Below are positions 16,254 through 25,855 of a DNA stretch of 64,000 bases, one piece after another. Source of the stretch: an uncultured virus (IMG/VR IMGVR_UViG_3300030107_004497). Its lineage: Duplodnaviria > Heunggongvirae > Uroviricota > Caudoviricetes > Crassvirales. Position 1 is the first letter of the stretch; each line of letters starts with the position of its first letter. Position numbers and translations under genes: made by a program. Under the pieces are notes generated by a model. That model was given only the letters and a program-made list of their open reading frames with translations. It searched no databases and had not been told where the DNA came from. The stretch is taken from IMG/VR virus record IMGVR_UViG_3300030107_004497. One strand, written 5' to 3'.

Positions 16254-17825
16254 ATGGAATACAATCAACCTAGCGAGATTGTCAAAGATGTGAACTTTGG
16301 CGATCAAGCTAATAAAAAAATTGTTGCTGGTGTAGAAAAGCTAGCAAAAGCAGTAAAATCAACCTTAGGAGCATCTGGAAAGTGCGTTATATACGAAGAC
16401 GCCAGAGGTCTCCCGGTCATAACAAAAGACGGGGTAACTGTAGCAGAATCAGTTGTCTTATTTGACCCGGTTGAAAATATAGGTGCTACTTTAATTAAAG
16501 AAGCTGCTAAAAATACAGTGAGAGAAGCGGGTGACGGTACTACTACAGCTACTGTCCTTGCTGAATCATTATTAAAAGAAGTTAATAATTACAATAAAGA
16601 TGTAACTATTAGAGAAGTAAAGAACGGTATTAAATCCGGACTTGAAAAAGTAAATGATTACTTAAATGAGGTTTCTGTCAAGATCGAGGGCGATATGCTG
16701 GAATCTGTTAGTTCAATTAGTTGTAATAATGATGAAGAGCTAGGAAAGATTATAGCAGAAGCTTATACTAAAGTAGGTAAAGATGGTGTGGTGTTAATGG
16801 AAGAGTCTCCAACTGAAGAGACATACGTCGAAGTTGTTGACGGCGTGCAGGTCGACTCAGGACTCACATCCCCACATTTTATTACTGATAAGGACAAGCA
16901 AATTTGTGAGCTTGAAAACCCATTAGTATTAGTGGTAACCTCAGAAATACCAAACATAAGGAAAATACAAAAAATACTAGAGTATGTTATAAAAAACAAA
17001 CGCTCTTTATTAATAGTGGCTCCTGTAGAACAACAGGTTAAAGCCGCTTTACTTATGAATAAGGTAAAAGGTAATATTAAAGTTAATATAATTGACTTAC
17101 CAGGCTTTGGTCCCACTAAACAAGATGTATGCGAAGATTTTGCGTTTTTAGTTGGAGCTAAGATAATTAACGAAGAACTTGGTGATGATCTTGATTTAAT
17201 AGATATTGATTGTTTAGGCGAGGCTTACACATCTATAACCGATGATAAGAACACTGTATTAACTATAGATACACCAGGAGAAGAACTTAAAGAAAGAGTT
17301 AAAAATATAAAAAAGCTTATTAAAAAAGAAGATAAAAATCCTTTTTTAAAGAAAAAGCACCAACAAAGATTAGCAATGTTGTCAGGTAGTGTAGGTATGG
17401 TAAAAGTAGGTGCTAATTCTAAAGTTGAGCTTAAAGAAAAGAAAGATAGAATAGAAGATGCTATTTATGCCACAAAAGCAGCTTTAAAAGAAGGGATTGT
17501 CCCTGGTGGTGGAGTTGCTCTTTTAAATGCATCTCAAAAAATTTCAACCGACTCCGTCGGTGAAGAGATACTACTTAGAGCTATAACAGCTCCTTTCCAT
17601 ACTATACTAGCAAACGCTGGTTTAGAACAAACAGCACCAAGACCTGGTAAAGGATTAGGTGTAGATGTTGTAACGGGAGAAGATGTTGATATGATTAAGT
17701 CTGGTATTATTGATCCAGTACTTGTAACTAAATCAGCGCTTAAAAATGCAGTAAGTGTTGTTTCAACTATAATATCTGCGGATTGTGTAATTTCAAATAT
17801 GAGAATGAATGAAAGCAATCAATAG
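16254..17825 (+). CDS. groEL: Chaperonin GroEL (Cpn60)
   Basis: TKDGVTVA, AGDGTTTATVLA, PGFG, KKDRIEDA, EGIVPGGG, GIIDP; no GGM tail. Confidence 0.97.
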   Translation: MEYNQPSEIVKDVNFGDQANKKIVAGVEKLAKAVKSTLGASGKCVIYEDARGLPVITKDGVTVAESVVLFDPVENIGATLIKEAAKNTVREAGDGTTTATVLAESLLKEVNNYNKDVTIREVKNGIKSGLEKVNDYLNEVSVKIEGDMLESVSSISCNNDEELGKIIAEAYTKVGKDGVVLMEESPTEETYVEVVDGVQVDSGLTSPHFITDKDKQICELENPLVLVVTSEIPNIRKIQKILEYVIKNKRSLLIVAPVEQQVKAALLMNKVKGNIKVNIIDLPGFGPTKQDVCEDFAFLVGAKIINEELGDDLDLIDIDCLGEAYTSITDDKNTVLTIDTPGEELKERVKNIKKLIKKEDKNPFLKKKHQQRLAMLSGSVGMVKVGANSKVELKEKKDRIEDAIYATKAALKEGIVPGGGVALLNASQKISTDSVGEEILLRAITAPFHTILANAGLEQTAPRPGKGLGVDVVTGEDVDMIKSGIIDPVLVTKSALKNAVSVVSTIISADCVISNMRMNESNQ

Positions 17826-18066
17826 ATATATAATAGTAAGAAATATAAAGACAGAACCTAAAAAGGTTGCTGGTCTTATAATGACGGAAGAAACAGATGT
17901 AGATAACCGTTATATAAAAGCAAATATAATATCGTGTGGTAATCTTGTGGAAGGTTTAAAAGATGGAGATACGATATATTATGATAAACATGCTGGGCAC
18001 GATGTATCATTTAAAGATATTCTTTATAGAGTTATTCGTGATGGCGATGTAGTTTTAATAGATTAA
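17809..18066 (+). CDS. groES: Co-chaperonin GroES (Cpn10)
   Basis: 85 aa, AGLIM mobile loop, GDTIYYDK, VIRDGDV; overlaps the groEL stop. Confidence 0.8.
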   Translation: MKAINRYIIVRNIKTEPKKVAGLIMTEETDVDNRYIKANIISCGNLVEGLKDGDTIYYDKHAGHDVSFKDILYRVIRDGDVVLID

Positions 18067-18068
18067 AA

Positions 18069-18470
18069 ATGGATAAATATTTAATTTTTCACGCTAGTAG
18101 TGTAGATTCATCCTCTGTAACAGCTCATGACGCTGGAACTAATGTTGATTTAGGATGTTTTAAAGTTTCTGATATATCAGCTATTATGGGTGAAGAAGAC
18201 ATGGTGTATATTTATTTTAAAAATGCTGGTAGATTTGAAATGGGACCAATCGGTTCTGCAACTGAAGTTTTAGAGCAATCATTTGTTAGATTAACAGTAA
18301 GTGAAGGAAAAGAAATTGATGTTATCAAAGATTTAACAACATTGTTTTTTGGATCTCACTCTTACGGTCAAATATTATTTGATGCTGTAAATAGTGATTG
18401 GCCTATAGATAATGTTACAGCTATTCAAATAAGAAGACATTTAACGACGCATACAATAGCGTCTGATTAA
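18069..18470 (+). CDS. Hypothetical protein, divergent paralog 1
   Basis: KYLIF and VRLTVSEGKEIDVIKDL align with the next two ORFs. Confidence 0.7.
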   Translation: MDKYLIFHASSVDSSSVTAHDAGTNVDLGCFKVSDISAIMGEEDMVYIYFKNAGRFEMGPIGSATEVLEQSFVRLTVSEGKEIDVIKDLTTLFFGSHSYGQILFDAVNSDWPIDNVTAIQIRRHLTTHTIASD

Positions 18471-18541
18471 ACCTAAACCAAAAACCTAAACCCCTAAACT
18501 TAAAAACAAAAACAAATTATTAATTAAAAAATTTTAAAATT

Positions 18542-18937
18542 ATGCAAGAACATCAAGGACATTTATCTGGTAGAATGTTATATTTTATGGAGGAAACTGA
18601 TGGGGCATTTGATGCAGCTAATGATTGTGTAGCTATTCCTGTAGAAAGATTTAAAGGATTTACAAACTATTCTGGATCTAGTGCTACAACTGAATTAACT
18701 ATGGAATTTGACCCAATGATTGGTTATTCAGGAGCACATGACGACGCGACATTTGTTGCTGATAGCGTAGAGTTAACAATAACTTCTAATAAACACAAAG
18801 AAGTTATTGAAGATATATTAGCTTTAATACATGGAACACACTCTGATGGTTTCATCGTTATAGCTGATGACTCAAACTCAGTATACGCGAGCAGCCACAT
18901 CACAGCATGTACAATTACAGTAACAGCTGAAGCCTAA
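18542..18937 (+). CDS. Hypothetical protein, paralog 2
   Basis: LYFM..DGAFD, LTIT.NKHKEVI.DI, VTAEA shared with the next ORF. Confidence 0.8.
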   Translation: MQEHQGHLSGRMLYFMEETDGAFDAANDCVAIPVERFKGFTNYSGSSATTELTMEFDPMIGYSGAHDDATFVADSVELTITSNKHKEVIEDILALIHGTHSDGFIVIADDSNSVYASSHITACTITVTAEA

Positions 18938-18964
18938 TTATTAACACTTAAAATATAAAAAAAC

Positions 18965-19345
18965 ATGACAATGATAAAAGAAAAATACTTATATTTCATG
19001 GATGAGGCTGATGGAGCATTTGACACAGCTTATGATAGTTTATGCGTTCCTTTAAGTAGATTAAAAGGATTTAGAGCAAACGGTACAACTACTCAACTTG
19101 AAATAGAACTTAAAGCACTTGTGGGTTATGGTAATAGTTCTGACGATGACACATTTACTGCTGATCACGTTACACTTACTATAACAGCTAATAAACACAA
19201 AGAAGTTATACACGATATTACAGCCGCTATAAACGCCGCTAGAAATATTGACAAACCAATAATTGCTATTTGTGATGCTGCAAACTCAATATTTGCTAGC
19301 ACGCATATAACTGGTTGTGCTACTAACGTAACAGCTGAAGCATAG
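18965..19345 (+). CDS. Hypothetical protein, paralog 3
   Basis: Shares LYFM..DGAFD, LTIT.NKHKEVI.DI and VTAEA with 18542-18937. Confidence 0.8.
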   Translation: MTMIKEKYLYFMDEADGAFDTAYDSLCVPLSRLKGFRANGTTTQLEIELKALVGYGNSSDDDTFTADHVTLTITANKHKEVIHDITAAINAARNIDKPIIAICDAANSIFASTHITGCATNVTAEA

Positions 19346-19348
19346 TAG

Positions 19349-19789
19349 ATGCGATTAACCGCGCAGGATCTGCGTGAATTAAATATCCTTAAGTATTACA
19401 GGCTCACTAGAAAGTGGGTCTGTAAAACTTACGGGTTAAAAGATGCAGATTTAGAATTATTAATTTATTTAGATTGTAAAAAAAGATTTACACGAAACGA
19501 TTTTATCAATGGAGTTTATACATACTCTTGGGATAAACAAAGATGGGAGAGATTAAAAAGAGATGGTTGGATAGAAACATGGAGACATAGAAATAGAACA
19601 ACCATAAAATACTCAGTATTTAAAACCTCTTTTAAATGTTCTCAAGTAATAAGTAGAATATACAGAATACTCTTGGGTGAGGAAGATCTTCCTACATCAG
19701 AAAGAAGTGTATTTTTTAATAATAAATCATATACAGATAAAGTTTATAATAAAGCTATTGATGATATGATTAAAGACAAAGACCGATAA
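19349..19789 (+). CDS. Putative winged-helix (MarR-like) DNA-binding protein
   Basis: YGLKDADLELLIYL...RLKRDGWIE pattern. Confidence 0.55.
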   Translation: MRLTAQDLRELNILKYYRLTRKWVCKTYGLKDADLELLIYLDCKKRFTRNDFINGVYTYSWDKQRWERLKRDGWIETWRHRNRTTIKYSVFKTSFKCSQVISRIYRILLGEEDLPTSERSVFFNNKSYTDKVYNKAIDDMIKDKDR

Positions 19790-19790
19790 T

Positions 19791-20723
19791 ATGGGACATA
19801 AATTAAGATTTGGAACTTCAAGCGGCACTGGTTATACTAGAGCTAAATTTCCTACGCATCTTGGCGTGGCAAAGGGGCCTTTAAATAAAATGAGTGACTT
19901 TGATTCAACTTTTGCTAGAGAAAGAGATAAGCAAGGTCCTGGTGGAGAGTTTACTTATAAAGGTAAAAGATACACTACAGATAGAGCTGATGATAAAAAA
20001 ACAGCTGTTTCTAGTGCCAAAACAAAAGATAAAGACCAGATACAACAAGATCAAATAAATCTAACCAATAGTTTTTCTACAAGTGGCCCAATAGATACTT
20101 CAAAAGCTCAGAAAAACACTACATTAGTAAAACCTAAAAAAATAGATATAGTTACCACAAATCCAAAAACAGGTAAAAGAGAAAAAATTGGAGAAACAAA
20201 TACTTCTTCAAGACCAGGTGGGTCAGAACCAGTCGTACAAACCCCTGAGGAAAAAAGAGGTATTACAAAAAATGAAATAAAACAAACATCTGGAGGTGGA
20301 AAAGGTAGTAGTAAAAAAGAAGGACCTAGCTTTTTAAACAAACTAGGAGCAGGACTAGAAGAAGCAGGTGCAACAATATCTATGGCTTATGGTAAAGGTG
20401 GTACTGGTACTATGACAACTGCTAATATGGCTTATAAGAAAATGAAAGAAGATCTTAAAACAAAAAGACTTCTTAACGAGAGAAGAGCTTATATGAATAC
20501 TGATGCTGGTAATATGGAACTAGAAGGAAAAGATCCAGTTGAAAAACAAGATGACAAAATGAAAGAAGAAGTTTTTCAAGGTGGTCTTATAGAAAAACAA
20601 AAGCAAGAATCTGACGCTGCAAATCAAGCAATAGTTTCAGAAAACGCTAGTATAGAAAATAGAAGAGACAACAATGCTGGCGCAACAGATTGTCCAGGTG
20701 GAACTTGCCCAGCTTATGAATAA
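19791..20723 (+). CDS. Low-complexity hypothetical protein (putative internal virion protein)
   Basis: ORF track; Lys/Thr/Gly-rich. Confidence 0.65.
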   Translation: MGHKLRFGTSSGTGYTRAKFPTHLGVAKGPLNKMSDFDSTFARERDKQGPGGEFTYKGKRYTTDRADDKKTAVSSAKTKDKDQIQQDQINLTNSFSTSGPIDTSKAQKNTTLVKPKKIDIVTTNPKTGKREKIGETNTSSRPGGSEPVVQTPEEKRGITKNEIKQTSGGGKGSSKKEGPSFLNKLGAGLEEAGATISMAYGKGGTGTMTTANMAYKKMKEDLKTKRLLNERRAYMNTDAGNMELEGKDPVEKQDDKMKEEVFQGGLIEKQKQESDAANQAIVSENASIENRRDNNAGATDCPGGTCPAYE

Positions 20724-20734
20724 AAATAATATAT

Positions 20735-21106
20735 ATGGCTTTTAAATTAGGAGACGAAAAAAGAAATACAAGTGGTGAGTCTAAAAATAGATTTAATACT
20801 GACGATGCGTCTATACCTGGTACGCCTGTTATTAGAAAAGAACTAGCGCCTGGTGTAGATGGTGAAGCTAATAATGATGGATCTATATTTATAGGTAATC
20901 ATATACAACCAGGTAGCGAGCAAGAAAGAAAAGTACTCATGCATGAAATGAAGCATATAGTAGATATGAAAACTGGTAAGTTAGCATATACTGATGATTC
21001 TTTAACTTGGATGGGTGAAAAATATAGAAGATTTAAAGGGATGATTAATTACAATGGAGATTGGTTGCCAGAAGGTAGCGATGAATTTCCATGGGAAAAA
21101 CACTAA
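20735..21106 (+). CDS. Small zincin metallopeptidase
   Basis: GEANNDGSIFI...VLMHEMKH (HExxH)...PWE; MAFKL start. Confidence 0.75.
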   Translation: MAFKLGDEKRNTSGESKNRFNTDDASIPGTPVIRKELAPGVDGEANNDGSIFIGNHIQPGSEQERKVLMHEMKHIVDMKTGKLAYTDDSLTWMGEKYRRFKGMINYNGDWLPEGSDEFPWEKH

Positions 21107-21117
21107 AAATAAAAAAA

Positions 21118-21489
21118 ATGCCAGACTTTGATGAAACAACAGGATTTAGACTTCCAGGAAGTGAATTTTACGGACATGGAAATCAATCACCAAACAAGAG
21201 AAAAATAGAAGATACAGAATTAAAACCTCCAACACCAGCTTTTGATAGAGCTGCTGATCCTTTGGCTACGGGAACGGAAGCAACAAGAACAACAAAAAAT
21301 TTAGTTACAGGTGGGGAAAACACTGTTGCTAAATACGCTTCTCCAACTAAAGTTATCGCCGGTGCTCTTGGTACAGCTGCAACTATAGGAGCTATGAGTA
21401 GAATAGGTAGAAACTTTGGAGATGATAAGGAAGAAACTAAGGATAATAAGGAAAACTCACCAACTGATTACGGTAAACATGCTAAGTAA
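21118..21489 (+). CDS. Low-complexity protein with SPxK motifs
   Basis: Start MPDF; GNQSPNK, ASPTK, NSPT. Confidence 0.6.
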   Translation: MPDFDETTGFRLPGSEFYGHGNQSPNKRKIEDTELKPPTPAFDRAADPLATGTEATRTTKNLVTGGENTVAKYASPTKVIAGALGTAATIGAMSRIGRNFGDDKEETKDNKENSPTDYGKHAK

Positions 21490-21865
21490 AATACTCTCAG
21501 GTGGAGCTGCCGATCTTGTAAAAAACGTAGGTGGAGTTATAGATAATCTACACACATCAGCTGAAGAAAAACTAGAAGCAGAAAGAAAAATTAAAGATAT
21601 GATATTAGGTTATGAAGCTGAGATGCAAAAGCAAGTGACCGAAAGATGGAAGATGGATATGCAATCTGATTCTTGGCTTAGTAAAAATATACGTCCGTTA
21701 GTTTTGGTATTTTTAGTAGTAGCAACAGTATTATTGATATTTATAGATGCTGGCGTTATAGATTTCAAAGTAGAAGATAAATGGACTGATCTTTTACAAT
21801 TAGTATTAATAACTGTGATCGGTGCTTATTTTGGCGGTAGATCATTAGAAAAAGTAAAAAAATAA
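21479..21865 (+). CDS. Holin (3TM / gene-transfer-release type)
   Basis: DMQSDSWLSKNIRPL, two TM helices, GAYFGGRSLEK. Confidence 0.8.
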   Translation: MLSKILSGGAADLVKNVGGVIDNLHTSAEEKLEAERKIKDMILGYEAEMQKQVTERWKMDMQSDSWLSKNIRPLVLVFLVVATVLLIFIDAGVIDFKVEDKWTDLLQLVLITVIGAYFGGRSLEKVKK

Positions 21866-21868
21866 ATT

Positions 21869-22552
21869 ATGGGAATAAATTCAACAGAAGTCGCTTACGG
21901 CTTCGGACAAATGGGTAGTGCTTATACCGATAAGGCGGTAGAAATAATACCACCAAAAGATCATGTTATTATGGCTATTCAGTTTTTAGCAGATTGCACG
22001 CCAGCTACTATGACACCAGAAAGATTAGATGATGGTGGTCCAGGTTACGTTGGTATAACAGGAACAACAGCGGCAGATGTAGAAGATTTTGAAGCAACTA
22101 TAACTAGTAATATAAACTTTGCGGGCGCTTGCGGTAGTGCTGTGGGTGACGCTTCTCCGCACACTGCATATGCAGACATAACACTAACAAACCCACCCTC
22201 TGATCCTAACATGATACATGTTGGACAATACGTTATGGTTGTAGCACCTAATGCTACAGAAAACGGTAGTGCAGCTATGGCGTATGACACAGCTCAAACT
22301 CCATTTCCAGTATATAATGGACCACATAAAGATGGTGTTAGAGTTGTTTCTTGGGATGGGGTTAATAAAGTTCAATTGGACAAAGATATAACTACATCTA
22401 GCGAGGCGTTAATATTTATTGATGAAAGTCATGGCGCTGGAGGTCTAACATCTGCTGGTCAACAATATCCAAAAGGAGCTGTAATTTACGGTAGATGGAC
22501 TTGTTTTAAAGGAGAGGTTGATAAAGGTGTAATAGTATACTTCGGTAAGTAA
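21869..22552 (+). CDS. Putative virion structural protein
   Basis: Beta-rich; ends YPKGAVIYGRWT...VYFGK. Confidence 0.55.
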   Translation: MGINSTEVAYGFGQMGSAYTDKAVEIIPPKDHVIMAIQFLADCTPATMTPERLDDGGPGYVGITGTTAADVEDFEATITSNINFAGACGSAVGDASPHTAYADITLTNPPSDPNMIHVGQYVMVVAPNATENGSAAMAYDTAQTPFPVYNGPHKDGVRVVSWDGVNKVQLDKDITTSSEALIFIDESHGAGGLTSAGQQYPKGAVIYGRWTCFKGEVDKGVIVYFGK

Positions 22553-22863
22553 TGGCACCCTTAGGATTACAGATGACAACAGTAGGATCGTTAGGCGGTC
22601 CTGGAATGATGGGTGATCCTGGTAAAGCAGCCACAAGGCCTGATCCGCTTTGGGAGTGTGCGGGTATAGGTGATTTACAACCACTTGACTCAAGCGCTAT
22701 GCCAGCGACTGATAATAATGATATGTGGGACTTTATATCAAGCCCATTTGAATACACGCCGGAAGATGATTCAACTAATGAAAGCGAGGGATTTTGGGAG
22801 GTTGCTGGAACCAATCTTATACAACCTATAGAAAAAAGTATTATTGAAATGTCTTGTGGATAA
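22552..22863 (+). CDS. Acidic hypothetical protein
   Basis: ORF track; TAATG coupling. Confidence 0.65.
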   Translation: MAPLGLQMTTVGSLGGPGMMGDPGKAATRPDPLWECAGIGDLQPLDSSAMPATDNNDMWDFISSPFEYTPEDDSTNESEGFWEVAGTNLIQPIEKSIIEMSCG

Positions 22864-22891
22864 TATAAATATAAAATAAACAATATAAAAT

Positions 22892-23803
22892 ATGGCAACA
22901 CCAAATATAGTACCTAGAGCCGACGGCGAAGGTGGAATAGGATCTGCAGCTAAAGGCTGGGGAGAAGCTTTTGTAACAAACACTACAACAAGTAGTGGTA
23001 CAGAAGGAGGTAAACTAGTATTAGCTGCAAACGATGGAGCTGCAATGGCTGATAATCACAGGTTAGGAGTTATTGAATTTAAAGGCGCTGAAGACGCGAG
23101 TAGTACTCTTTCCATTGGAGCTAGAGTAGAAGCTATCTGCCAAGAAAATTGGGGTGCTTCGGAAAATAGTACTTCATTATTATTTTTTACAACAAAAACA
23201 ACTACAGAAAACAATGTTTTAACTTTAGATGATGACAAGAACGCAACATTCACTGGGGCTATAAGAGCTACAAATGATTCTATAACTGGTTTAAACTATA
23301 GAACAATATGGATAGACGCAGGATCAATGGTACCAACGGTTACAAATGGTGCTTTAGCTGCTACCGAACAAGTAACTAACACGTTTGATTATTATGCGTT
23401 TGATACATCAACAGCTGAAAAAGTACAATTTAAAATGCCAATGCCAGAGCAATGGGATGGTGGTACTATAAAAGCTAAGTTTTATTTCTTACCTTCAAGT
23501 ACAAATACAGGTACAGTACAGTTTTCAATAGCAGGAACAAGTCTTGATACTGGAGATATAATATCTACTGCTATGGGTACAGCTGCTGTTCACACTGCTT
23601 TAGCTGCTAACGGTACAGATAACGACGTCCATATAACCGCTGCAACAGCGGCTTGTACAATAGATGGATCACCAGCAGAAGGTCATTTAGTATTGTTTGA
23701 AATAGCTAGAGTTACAGCTACAGACACTTATAACGCAGATGTACATTTATTAGGTGTAAATATACAATATAGAGAAAAATCAACAGCAAGCGCAGCTTGG
23801 TAA
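22892..23803 (+). CDS. Tail fibre/spike-like protein
   Basis: MATPNIVPRADGEG.IG start, LGVIEFKG and LLFFT fibre-type segments, beta-sandwich C-terminus. Confidence 0.65.
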   Translation: MATPNIVPRADGEGGIGSAAKGWGEAFVTNTTTSSGTEGGKLVLAANDGAAMADNHRLGVIEFKGAEDASSTLSIGARVEAICQENWGASENSTSLLFFTTKTTTENNVLTLDDDKNATFTGAIRATNDSITGLNYRTIWIDAGSMVPTVTNGALAATEQVTNTFDYYAFDTSTAEKVQFKMPMPEQWDGGTIKAKFYFLPSSTNTGTVQFSIAGTSLDTGDIISTAMGTAAVHTALAANGTDNDVHITAATAACTIDGSPAEGHLVLFEIARVTATDTYNADVHLLGVNIQYREKSTASAAW

Positions 23804-23815
23804 TAAACAATTAAT

Positions 23816-24538
23816 ATGACAGGAAGAAGCAGGTTTAAAACACATGGTGGTATTCCTCACGGAAGTACTCTTAAATTAGGAGAAAGACTTGATTTTTATC
23901 TTCAATGGAATAATGGCGTGAGCGCAGCGAGATGGGATGACCAAAGCACTAATAATAATCACGCAAACCAAACCACTGGGGTGCAACAAGCAACCCCTGC
24001 GGAAGGAGGACTTGATTTTGAACGTGATAACGCAAGTCATTATGATTTTACGCAAGTAGATATTTCTTCTGAAGAAGGATTTACTTTTTTTATAGTATTA
24101 AAATTTGAAACTACTAGCTCAAACTCTTGTATACTAGGTATGAATACAGCGGCACATTTTTTAGAGTTTAAAGGTGGTGCTGACACAATGAGGTGTAAAT
24201 TAGCGCATACAACAACTGAAATAGCACCAGGAGACGGAACTAGAAATGATTTTTCTACAGGCTCAAAAATGGTAGTTACTTTACAACGAGTGGCGGGTGC
24301 GGAAGCCCCAGGAGGGAATTTTAATATTTGGAAAGATGGTTTTCTTTTAGAACAAGAGTCACAAGCTAATAACGCTGCAGATGGAGAATTTTCAACCTTA
24401 GGTGTTAGAAGTGGTGATCGTTATTTTGACGGTATCATATATGATGTTATTTTCACTTCTTCTGGAGGAGCTATAGATAATGAGGTAACTAAAATACATG
24501 ATTATTTAATGGCTAAACACGGTATAATAAAACAATAA
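23816..24538 (+). CDS. LamG/concanavalin A-like lectin-domain protein
   Basis: WDDQSTNNNHA.Q, FTFFIV, FDGIIYDVI, IHDYLMAKHG. Confidence 0.7.
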   Translation: MTGRSRFKTHGGIPHGSTLKLGERLDFYLQWNNGVSAARWDDQSTNNNHANQTTGVQQATPAEGGLDFERDNASHYDFTQVDISSEEGFTFFIVLKFETTSSNSCILGMNTAAHFLEFKGGADTMRCKLAHTTTEIAPGDGTRNDFSTGSKMVVTLQRVAGAEAPGGNFNIWKDGFLLEQESQANNAADGEFSTLGVRSGDRYFDGIIYDVIFTSSGGAIDNEVTKIHDYLMAKHGIIKQ

Positions 24539-24558
24539 ATTAATTAAAATAAAATAAA

Positions 24559-24846
24559 ATGGCAAAAACAAAAGAAAAAGTAGTAGACTTAAAACCTGAA
24601 AAGGTAACAGAAGCAGAACATAAACAAATACAATCTATAGTTAATAGAACCAATAATATGCAAATGAATATTGGTCAATTAGAAGCTAGAAAACATCAGA
24701 TACTTCACATGATGTCATCTGTAAACGATGAATTATCGACTATGCAACAACAATTAACTAAAAACTACGGTACTGACGACATTAACATTATGGATGGTAC
24801 TATAAATTATCCAAAAGAAAATGGCGAAGTTAATAAGGAAGATTAG
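24559..24846 (+). CDS. Coiled-coil hypothetical protein (possible fibre chaperone)
   Basis: Heptads, ending YG...INIMDG.I. Confidence 0.65.
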   Translation: MAKTKEKVVDLKPEKVTEAEHKQIQSIVNRTNNMQMNIGQLEARKHQILHMMSSVNDELSTMQQQLTKNYGTDDINIMDGTINYPKENGEVNKED

Positions 24847-25042
24847 TGTAGGTAGAGATTATAAGAACGATGCGATGCATTATGCTGTTGGTCAAGAAGT
24901 TTACGGTGGACATACTATTTGTGATATATTAGAAGAAAAAGACAAGTACTCGATATATATAAAAAAAGATAAAGATGTTTTACCTTGGAAAGACTTTAAC
25001 AAAAATATGGCATTATCTATAGAATATAATCTTGAATACTAA
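24821..25042 (+). CDS. Conserved small phage protein
   Basis: IRKISVGRDYKNDAMHYAVGQ. Confidence 0.75.
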   Translation: MAKLIRKISVGRDYKNDAMHYAVGQEVYGGHTICDILEEKDKYSIYIKKDKDVLPWKDFNKNMALSIEYNLEY

Positions 25043-25632
25043 TGAAAAGTGTTTACAACTTTGTTGTAAAACCAAAAGGAGAGAGATATAATAATAAAAA
25101 AAAGATTGGAGATTCAGAGTTAATACTTAACACTGAAATCTTCAACCATCAATATGTTAATAGAGAAGCTATTGTTATATCAACACCTGTTATTGGTGAT
25201 ACAAATATAAAACCAGGAGATACGGTTATAGTACATCATAATGTATTTCGTAGATGGCACAATGTTTATGGTGTTGAAAAAAATAGTAAAAGTTTTTTTG
25301 ACGAATCTACTTATATTGTAAATTATGATCAAATCTTTTTATATAAAAGATATAACGATTGGGTAACACCAAGTGGTTATTGTTTTATAAAACCTTTAAA
25401 AGCTATTGATCAATTTAATATTGAATCTGAAAAACCACTTCAAGGTATTATTAAGTATTCTGATGGTACTTTTGAAAAAGAAGAATTGGTAGGTTTTACA
25501 CCAAATAGCGAATATGAATTTATAATCGACAACGAAAGATTATATAGAGTTTATACTAAATTTATTACAATTAAATATGAATACCAAGGAAACGAAGAAG
25601 AATATAATCCAAGCTGGGCGCAAGGCAGTTGA
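25042..25632 (+). CDS. Tandem GroES-like domain protein
   Basis: Two repeats of a GroES-like pattern: FVVKP...IKPGDTVIVHHN and CFIKP...EELVGF...YEF.I...RLYR. Confidence 0.55.
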   Translation: MKSVYNFVVKPKGERYNNKKKIGDSELILNTEIFNHQYVNREAIVISTPVIGDTNIKPGDTVIVHHNVFRRWHNVYGVEKNSKSFFDESTYIVNYDQIFLYKRYNDWVTPSGYCFIKPLKAIDQFNIESEKPLQGIIKYSDGTFEKEELVGFTPNSEYEFIIDNERLYRVYTKFITIKYEYQGNEEEYNPSWAQGS

Positions 25633-25855
25633 CGAGCTAATTAAAGTTGCAGAAGAAAAAATTATTACTAATACTGAAGACGATGTATCAGCTGATAGAT
25701 TAAAAAATGCCGCAGCTACTAAAAAACTAGCTATATTTGACGCATTTGAAATACTTAACAGAATTCAAGAAGAAGAAAACTTGCTTGAGGGCAAAACACC
25801 TGAAAAGACAGAGAAAAAAGCTTTTAAAGGATTCGCAGAAGGTAGATCTAAGTAA
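25577..25855 (+). CDS. Probable terminase small subunit
   Basis: Helical 92-aa protein coupled (TAATG) to the terminase large subunit. Confidence 0.55.
   Translation: MNTKETKKNIIQAGRKAVDELIKVAEEKIITNTEDDVSADRLKNAAATKKLAIFDAFEILNRIQEEENLLEGKTPEKTEKKAFKGFAEGRSK

Noticed and set aside
16254..18066. groEL/groES as host chromosome or prophage flank
   Set aside because: Divergent sequence, reversed order, embedded in a continuous phage operon; no integrase or host genes seen.
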